Shown here piece after piece: positions 25,990-32,000 of a stretch of 32,000 nt of DNA. Position numbers and translations under genes: made by a program. Where the stretch lies: the NCBI RefSeq assembly GCF_002310835.1, contig NZ_CP011041.1, positions 1,410,001 to 1,442,000 on the forward strand, given 5' to 3'. Positions within the stretch are counted from its first letter, which is position 1. The number at the start of each line of letters is the position of its first letter. Source of the DNA: Pseudoalteromonas tetraodonis. GTDB lineage: Bacteria > Pseudomonadota > Gammaproteobacteria > Enterobacterales > Alteromonadaceae. A model generated the notes under the pieces. That model was not told where the DNA came from. It did not search any database and saw nothing but the letters and a program-made list of their open reading frames with translations.

Positions 25990-26266
25990 AAATGTGAGTA
26001 TTAACTAAAAATTAACATTTTGCAGTCCTTTATGGTGTTTTTTTTGTTTTTTTAAATTTTTTTTTATTAAAACGAACTGTAAGTCATTGATATAAAGTTT
26101 TTACTCTTTTTTAGGTACAATAAATTAGTACTTTCGTAGTGTTTTTTGTTCCTTTTGATTTTATTTGTGTATATAATGTTCACCAATTATTCGATGAATT
26201 AACTTTCATTAAACAAATGACTTAAATTTGGTGCCATCATGCACTTTTTCATTTTCGAGGGATAAA

Positions 26267-28468
26267 ATGACTAACTCACTATTAAAATTTAAAAAATTGA
26301 GTGCAGTGATCGCACTTACGCTAGCCAGTTCTACAACACTGGCTGCAGATTTAGGCGTTGCCAATGATTTTTCTGCATTTGTTTTTAATGATTTTAAATC
26401 GAATTTTGGCCGAGCTGATGGCGCTATTGCAGCAGGTGAAATTGATCTTAAAGGTTACAGCGTAGGTTACACCCGCCCATACAGCCCAGAAGAATATTAC
26501 CTAATTAGTGAATCTACCATTGCCTTTAAATATGGTCGCCAATATGTAGGTAGCATGATCGCTGGTGGCGGTACTGATATTCACTGGGGTGTACGTTGGG
26601 GTATGGAGTGGGGTTCTAAAATCCTTTCTAATCAAAATGAATCGGCCATGCCATTTAACTTTGATGAACAAGAAGAGTATTACAAAAATTTAAGCGCCGA
26701 GTTAAACCAGTTAAGCCAAACAGGTACAGTTTACCGTAAATGGGGTGGCCTTTACTTACAAGGTGATGGCAGTTCTGATAGACAAGTATTTAATTTAGAT
26801 GCTCGTGATTTTGCCAAAGCGCACACATTTAAAGTGTGGGGTATACCTGCTGATGCCACAGTAATTTTTAATATTACAGGTGATGACAATGTAGTTGTAA
26901 AAGGCAAGAGTTTTGCCCGTTTACGCCACCATGCAAGTAAAACAGTATTTAACTTTACTAATGCTCAAAAGCTAGACATTAAGGGCAACCGCTGGGAAGG
27001 CGTTGTATTAGCACCATATGCCGATATTAGAGGTGTATATGGTACAGCTAAAATGCCTATTATCGGCCAAAGCTTTTACGGTTCAATGGCGCTATTAGGT
27101 GGTGAATTTGATGGTGATTTACCATCAGTGGCACAGCCAATTTCCCCATTTGCAATCGAGCAAAAGTGGCACTGGAATTCAAGTGATTTCATGCCTGATT
27201 ATAACCAAGTTATGGCGACTCCTGTTGTTGTTCAATTAAATGATGATAACGGTGATAGCGTTATTGATAACAACGATGTGGCAGATGTGGTTGTTGTTTC
27301 TTACAAAGGAAAAGACTTATCTAATGGTATTTTAAGAGCGTTAAGCGGAATTGATGGCACTGAACTTTGGAGTTATGATGCTGGCCAGGTTGTTGATGCT
27401 AGGCATACTCCTGCTGCTGCTGATTTAGATGGAGATGGCCTGGTCGAGATAATAGTTTCTAATAAATTGGATGATTTTATAACTATTGTTGACAATAAAG
27501 GCGTTACTAAAAAGCAAATGTTAAAAGCAAGTTCAAAATGGGAAGGTACTGGGAATATTGCAATTGCGGATATTGATAGTGATGGTATTCCTGAGTTTAT
27601 GCTAGGAGACAGTGTATATAATTATAACTCTGGTGTTATATTTACCTACGGTTGGTCTGCTTCTCCAATTGCGTTTGACTCTAATAACGATGGTGTCCAA
27701 GAGGTTTTTGGTAAAGGCGAGTTAATTGATAAAGACGGAACAGTATTGTGGTCTTATTTGGGTGATGATTTAAGCTGGTTCTCATCCATAGCTGATATTG
27801 ATAATGATAGCCAGCCCGAGGTCATTCTTTCTATACCTTCAACTTCTGGCAAAAGTAGTATTGTTGTGCTAGAGCAAAATGGTAATGTTAAATGGCAAGT
27901 AAACAATCCGGCTAACCCTGGAGGCGGTGCTCAAGCTATTTCAAATTTCTTAGGCGCTGATGATTTGGGTATAGTTTACTCTGGTTTTAGCTCGATAGAT
28001 ATGTACAGCCCAGCTGGTGATATCGTTTGGACAGTAACTAACGATGACAAATGGAGCGGGAAAATGGGCGTTAGCGCGTACGACTTTAATGGCGATGGCA
28101 TTGATGAAGTAATAGTACAAGATCACTTTAAAGTAAGAGTACTAAATGGCCTTAATGGTGAGGTACTATCGACTGTTGCAAACTCTACTGCAACACTTTG
28201 GGAGTACCCAATTGTTGTTGATCTTGAGGGTGATAATAATGCAGAGCTGATTGTGGTTTCAAACAATTCTGATAGCAATTATATTATAAATAATGGTGTT
28301 ACTGTATATGGTACTGCCGATACCAGTAAGCCTTGGAAAAATGCTACCCGCATTTGGAACCAGCACTCTTACCACCAAACTAATATTAATCAAGATGGAA
28401 CTGTACCAACTGTGGAGTCACCAAGCTGGTTAAATAACAATACTTACCGCTCTAGTACACTTAAATAA
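26267..28468 (+). CDS. secreted protein with an N-terminal choice-of-anchor-A-like domain and a C-terminal FG-GAP/VCBS beta-propeller
   Basis: The ATG at 26267 follows GAGGG. Signal peptide is MTNSLLKFKKLSAVIALTLASSTTLA/AD. The N-domain has FSAFVFNDFKSN..ADGAIAAGEIDLKGYSVG and VFNFTNA...GVVLAPYADI. At least six Ca-binding-like repeats follow (DLDGDGLVEIIV, ADIDSDGIPEF, FDSNNDGVQEV, ADIDNDSQPEV, YDFNGDGIDEV, VDLEGDNNAEL). Confidence 0.8.
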   Translation: MTNSLLKFKKLSAVIALTLASSTTLAADLGVANDFSAFVFNDFKSNFGRADGAIAAGEIDLKGYSVGYTRPYSPEEYYLISESTIAFKYGRQYVGSMIAGGGTDIHWGVRWGMEWGSKILSNQNESAMPFNFDEQEEYYKNLSAELNQLSQTGTVYRKWGGLYLQGDGSSDRQVFNLDARDFAKAHTFKVWGIPADATVIFNITGDDNVVVKGKSFARLRHHASKTVFNFTNAQKLDIKGNRWEGVVLAPYADIRGVYGTAKMPIIGQSFYGSMALLGGEFDGDLPSVAQPISPFAIEQKWHWNSSDFMPDYNQVMATPVVVQLNDDNGDSVIDNNDVADVVVVSYKGKDLSNGILRALSGIDGTELWSYDAGQVVDARHTPAAADLDGDGLVEIIVSNKLDDFITIVDNKGVTKKQMLKASSKWEGTGNIAIADIDSDGIPEFMLGDSVYNYNSGVIFTYGWSASPIAFDSNNDGVQEVFGKGELIDKDGTVLWSYLGDDLSWFSSIADIDNDSQPEVILSIPSTSGKSSIVVLEQNGNVKWQVNNPANPGGGAQAISNFLGADDLGIVYSGFSSIDMYSPAGDIVWTVTNDDKWSGKMGVSAYDFNGDGIDEVIVQDHFKVRVLNGLNGEVLSTVANSTATLWEYPIVVDLEGDNNAELIVVSNNSDSNYIINNGVTVYGTADTSKPWKNATRIWNQHSYHQTNINQDGTVPTVESPSWLNNNTYRSSTLK

Positions 28469-28490
28469 AAGCTATTTATAGCAAATAAAA

Positions 28491-28520
28491 AGCCAATTAA
28501 GTTTTAATTGGCTTTTTATT
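28491..28520 (+). terminator. rho-independent terminator after the beta-propeller gene
   Basis: Stem AGCCAATTAA (28491-28500), loop GTT, stem TTAATTGGCT (28504-28513), then TTTTATT. Confidence 0.8.
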
Positions 28521-28542
28521 ATTAAATAGTTGTTTAAAATAA

Positions 28543-28977
28543 TTGGCAATTAATAATCACGTTGAATTTGAGGTTTTTTTGTCGAACTTACAGCAAGACC
28601 CCGCTATTAGAAGTTTACTAGAGCGAATGCCTAAAAACATTCAATCTACCTTTACTGATGAACAGTTAGCGCATCTAAAAATAGCCATTGGTGCTAGGCA
28701 GTGGGGTAACCATGCCGTTGATTGTAGAGGCGTAGTTAAGTTTTTTAAATACCGTTATTACTATGTTTTTTTAGCAGGACGTAATAGGCGTGAATTAAGT
28801 GCAAAAGAGCAAAAAGTAGCAAGGTTTACTCAAGCATTAATTTTAAGTACCGCAACTACTTTTTTTATTTTATTTACATTGCTGGTTTTATATTTGATTA
28901 AATCTGCATTGGGAATTGATGTTTTTGAAGGATATTCGTTTGGTGTTTGGAGTTGGTTTAAGGGCTTATTTAATTAA
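28543..28977 (+). CDS. hypothetical small membrane protein
   Basis: 144-aa ORF with a basic middle (RNRRELSAKEQK) and one clear C-terminal TM helix (ALILSTATTFFILFTLLVLYLI). The start is uncertain: TTG at 28543 without an SD, or ATG at 28627. Confidence 0.4.
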   Translation: MAINNHVEFEVFLSNLQQDPAIRSLLERMPKNIQSTFTDEQLAHLKIAIGARQWGNHAVDCRGVVKFFKYRYYYVFLAGRNRRELSAKEQKVARFTQALILSTATTFFILFTLLVLYLIKSALGIDVFEGYSFGVWSWFKGLFN

Positions 28978-29166
28978 ACTTAAATAAAATGTGAGTATTT
29001 ATTTTAATACTTACTAACAAAGCAAGAGTTAGCTAAAAGATATAAACATTAATTTTAGTACTTTTGTCGGAATCAGCAATTGAACAAAATTGGCTAATAC
29101 TATATTATCCCCATGGATTTTGTGGGGCGTCACTCACACTGAATTAGCTATAAGGAATTAAGCAAA

Positions 29167-30570
29167 ATGACATCTCCAAGGACTTTTAAACCTTCAGGTT
29201 CCTCTGATGCCAATTTTTACCGATTATTTGATATATTTGCGTTGTTTTTAGCTTTTCAGTGCGCAGCCCTAATTTATGATTTTAAACTCACTCCTATTTA
29301 TGCCGCTTCTGCATTAGCTGTTGCACTTAGCTACTTGTACAGTGCTGAGCTTTTTTCTACCTACCGTTCTTGGCGTGCTGGTAAATTTAGAACCATGGTA
29401 ATGTGTGCATGGGGTAGTGTTTTAATTGCCTTTGCGTTTTTACTGGTTGTGTCTTTTTTATTTAAGTTTACTGAGTCGCTTTCTCGCGTGGGAATCGCGA
29501 TTTGGTTTATGCTTAGTGTGGCGTATTTATATATTTGGCGTTTGGGTGCTTATTTATACAAACGCAATCGCCGTAAACTAGGTTTGTCGCAGCGGTGTGT
29601 TGCCATTATTGGTGCTACAGAGTCTGCTGCTTATTTACATGCAGAAATTGTAAAACACGACGAGCTAGGTTTTAACTTTAAAGGCTTTTACGATGACAGA
29701 AGCCCTGAACGTTTGTTTGAGCAACTTGAACAGCAAGGTGTTGAGGGCGGTATACAAAGTGCAGTAGATGCAGCACGTAATGGCGAAATAGATATACTTT
29801 ATATTGCACTCCCTATGAAAGCGCAAAAACGCATAGCTGATATTTTATTACAGCTTGGTGATACCACAGTAGATGTGCACATAGTGCCCGATTTTTTACT
29901 CTCAAACTTAATACATGCCCGTATTGAGCATGTGGGCGATGTAGATACTTTAAGCGTTTTTGAAGCGCCGTGTATTGGTGCTCACGAATTTATAAAACGA
30001 ACAGAAGATATAGTTGTTTCGGCTATTATTGTTATTTTAATCACCCCATTATTATTGACTATTGCTGCCGCAATAAAGCTAACATCTAAGGGGCCTATTA
30101 TATTTAAGCAAGATCGCTATGGCTTAGATGGCCGCAAAATAAAAGTGTGGAAGTTTCGCTCGATGACCGTGACCGAGAATAGTGATGTAGTGACTCAGGC
30201 AACCAAAAACGATGCCCGCATTACTCCACTAGGTGGTTTTTTACGCCGTACTAGCCTTGACGAACTGCCGCAATTTATAAATGTTTTAAAAGGCGATATG
30301 TCGATTGTTGGGCCAAGGCCCCATGCTGTTGCTCATAACGAAGAGTACCGAAAAAAAGTAGAATTTTACATGTTTAGGCATAAAACCAAACCGGGAATTA
30401 CCGGTTGGGCACAAATTAATGGCTGGCGCGGCGAAACCGATACTTTGGATAAAATGGCTAAGCGAGTTGAATACGACCTACATTACATTAAACATTGGTC
30501 TTTATGGTTTGATGTTAAAATAATTTTTATGACAATTTTTAAGGGATTTAAAAGTGAAAATGCGTACTAA
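29167..30570 (+). CDS. undecaprenyl-phosphate hexose-1-phosphate transferase (WbaP/WcaJ/VpsL-type initiating enzyme)
   Basis: N-terminal TM bundle, central Rossmann-like CVAIIGATESA, and the C-terminal bacterial sugar-transferase domain KGPIIFKQDRYGLDGRKIKVWKFRSM...DELPQFINVLKGDMSIVGPRPH. Confidence 0.9.
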   Translation: MTSPRTFKPSGSSDANFYRLFDIFALFLAFQCAALIYDFKLTPIYAASALAVALSYLYSAELFSTYRSWRAGKFRTMVMCAWGSVLIAFAFLLVVSFLFKFTESLSRVGIAIWFMLSVAYLYIWRLGAYLYKRNRRKLGLSQRCVAIIGATESAAYLHAEIVKHDELGFNFKGFYDDRSPERLFEQLEQQGVEGGIQSAVDAARNGEIDILYIALPMKAQKRIADILLQLGDTTVDVHIVPDFLLSNLIHARIEHVGDVDTLSVFEAPCIGAHEFIKRTEDIVVSAIIVILITPLLLTIAAAIKLTSKGPIIFKQDRYGLDGRKIKVWKFRSMTVTENSDVVTQATKNDARITPLGGFLRRTSLDELPQFINVLKGDMSIVGPRPHAVAHNEEYRKKVEFYMFRHKTKPGITGWAQINGWRGETDTLDKMAKRVEYDLHYIKHWSLWFDVKIIFMTIFKGFKSENAY

Positions 30571-31768
30571 TACAATTACCACTTTACTTGTTGCGTTAGG
30601 CTTAAGTGCACCTGCATTGGCAGTAGAATTACAACCAGGCAGTGTAATGACTAAAGACGGCGCTGAGATTACACCTACGCTACAGTTAGGTGTGAGCAGC
30701 AACGACAACTTTTTTATGACGCCGTCTGCCACTCAGTCACGTTTAATATGGAATATAGCGCCGAGTTTAAATGCATTGATTGAAGATGGCCCAGACAGTT
30801 ATAAATTTGATATTGCATCAAGCACGTCGTTTCATAATAAAGACACAACCGATAACTTTACTCAAGTAAATGTAGGCGCAGGTGTGCATAAAGAGTTTAC
30901 TAGTCAACACCGTTTAGATGTTACTGGTGATGCCGACTGGTTGTACGAGCCACGTGGTGGCGGATTAACTGAAGGCCAGGGCAGCGCTCTAGATGAGCTT
31001 GTAAATTATCAGCAACAAAACCTAACTGCTCGCTACGAATACGGCGCACAAAGCTCTAAAGCAATGGTTGCTTTAACTGCGGGTTACTATAACAAAAATT
31101 ACCAAAATTTTACGGCTATATCTCAATTTCGTAATTACGATAAACCTATGTTAGGTGTTATTGGTTATTATAATACCCAAGCAGGCACGCGCGCATTTTT
31201 AGAAGTAAAGCAAGAAAACTACCAATACGATGTGATTGATTCAAACGGTATTACCCGTGACTCAGACGACGTAAAAGTATTATTAGGTATGGAATGGGAA
31301 GCCACAGCCGTTACTACTGGTTCATTTAAAGTCGGTTACCAAAATAAAGATTTTGAGTCAAGCCTGCGCGATAACTTTAGTGGTTTAAGCTGGGAAGCCG
31401 CAGCTGTTTGGAAGCCGTTGACCTATTCAACTTTACAATTAGTTACCAGTCGTGCCGCTAAAGACCCTTTATTAGAAGGCGATTACATTCGCGAGAGTGT
31501 TTACGGTGCAACGTGGCAGCATGATTGGAGCGAGTATTTAAGCTCGGTAGTCAGTGCTAATTATGTTGATCAACAGTACTCTGGTAATTTTAATCGTAAA
31601 GATAAAGTTAAAAATGCCCGCCTAGGCTTAAATTATTTAGCCAGTAACTTTGGTATGGTAACCGGCTATGTTGATTTTATTGATCGTAATTCAACTCAAG
31701 CGGACATTGAATTTGACCGCGTGATTGTGGGCCTAAACTTTACATTTGCATTAAAGGGAAATGAATGA
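30554..31768 (+). CDS. putative outer-membrane beta-barrel protein of the polysaccharide export module (VpsM-like position)
   Basis: Signal peptide MRTNTITTLLVALGLSAPALA/VE. The sequence is rich in alternating aromatic/hydrophilic strands (YEYGAQ, GYYN, FKVGYQN, GLNFTFAL). It overlaps the transferase gene by 17 nt (11 nt if the ATG at 30560 is the start). Confidence 0.5.
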   Translation: MKMRTNTITTLLVALGLSAPALAVELQPGSVMTKDGAEITPTLQLGVSSNDNFFMTPSATQSRLIWNIAPSLNALIEDGPDSYKFDIASSTSFHNKDTTDNFTQVNVGAGVHKEFTSQHRLDVTGDADWLYEPRGGGLTEGQGSALDELVNYQQQNLTARYEYGAQSSKAMVALTAGYYNKNYQNFTAISQFRNYDKPMLGVIGYYNTQAGTRAFLEVKQENYQYDVIDSNGITRDSDDVKVLLGMEWEATAVTTGSFKVGYQNKDFESSLRDNFSGLSWEAAAVWKPLTYSTLQLVTSRAAKDPLLEGDYIRESVYGATWQHDWSEYLSSVVSANYVDQQYSGNFNRKDKVKNARLGLNYLASNFGMVTGYVDFIDRNSTQADIEFDRVIVGLNFTFALKGNE

Positions 31769-32000
31769 AGGTTAAAATTTTAACTGGCTTAATATTGTTA
31801 CTGAGCTTTTGTAGTTTTGCGAACGATTCGCAAAACTACATTTTAGGTGCAGGTGATAAAATAGAAATTAAAGTATTTGGCCAGCCTGATTTAGATGTAA
31901 CCTCACTGCTTGGCAATAGTGGTGAGATTAACTACCCATTTTTAGGTAAGGTGAAACTTGTGGGTTTAAGTGTTTCGCAAGTTGAGCAAACAATAAGCGA
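31765..32000 (+). CDS. polysaccharide export protein (Wza/VpsN family), 3'-truncated by the window edge
   Basis: This ORF is not in the track because it has no stop. The ATG at 31765 overlaps the preceding stop. Translation is MKVKILTGLILLLSFCSFANDSQNYILGAGDKIEIKVFGQPDLDVTSLLGNSGEINYPFLGKVKLVGLSVSQVEQ, the typical Poly_export N-terminal motif. Confidence 0.8.
   Translation, partial: MKVKILTGLILLLSFCSFANDSQNYILGAGDKIEIKVFGQPDLDVTSLLGNSGEINYPFLGKVKLVGLSVSQVEQTIS

Noticed and set aside
26228-26266. TTG-initiated 13-aa extension of the beta-propeller ORF
   Set aside because: The ATG at 26267 follows a GAGGG RBS and starts a canonical signal peptide.
26390-26440. IAAG in the beta-propeller protein (DGAIAAGEID) as a LapG cleavage site
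   Set aside because: The preceding residue (Ile) falls outside the reported T/A/P preference. The motif also lies inside the conserved core of the choice-of-anchor-A-like domain rather than in an N-terminal retention module.

Overview
The window reads as chromosomal DNA from a marine gammaproteobacterium. A Pseudoalteromonas/Alteromonadales origin is only my inference from gene order, AT-rich codon usage and protein sequences; no search was run. It splits into three parts.

(1) nt 1-8884, plus strand: a conserved housekeeping block, fabG(partial)-acpP-fabF-pabC-mltG-tmk-holB-pilZ-tatD, followed by a PhoD-like metallophosphatase.

(2) nt 8885-14245: a convergent non-coding gap packed with repeats, then four minus-strand genes. 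The repeats are two period-7 arrays and a 3-unit tandem array of about 150 bp that overlaps a gene end. The genes are a LapG-like periplasmic cysteine protease, a LapD-like degenerate GGDEF-EAL c-di-GMP receptor, a small Sec-secreted protein with a TAAG motif and an Ala/Pro/Ser/Thr/Gly-rich tail, and a Wzy_C-family O-antigen-ligase-like protein.

(3) nt 14412-32000, plus strand: a surface-polysaccharide locus.
- galU-wecB-wecC.
- A visibly lower-G+C cassette: CapK-like adenylating enzyme, ATP-grasp enzyme, Wzx-like and Wzy-like membrane proteins, then a hexapeptide acetyltransferase at its downstream edge.
- An uncharacterised 398-aa protein and a WecG/TagA-type glycosyltransferase.
- A separately transcribed secreted protein with a choice-of-anchor-A-like domain plus an FG-GAP beta-propeller.
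- A small membrane ORF.
- A vpsL/M/N-like module: polyprenyl glycosylphosphotransferase, outer-membrane beta-barrel protein, and a Wza-like export protein truncated by the window end.

I saw no rRNA, tRNA, CRISPR array, transposase or integrase.

The most unusual items are:
- the lapG-lapD operon extended by a small secreted TAAG-bearing protein instead of sitting by a giant adhesin;
- the adjacent Wzy_C enzyme, which could be a protein O-oligosaccharyltransferase;
- the repeat-rich convergent gap;
- the adenylating-enzyme/ATP-grasp pair next to UDP-ManNAcA genes;
- the matrix-protein-like beta-propeller gene embedded in the EPS locus.

All domain calls come from reading motifs by eye in the supplied translations. 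No HMM, BLAST or folding computation was run.
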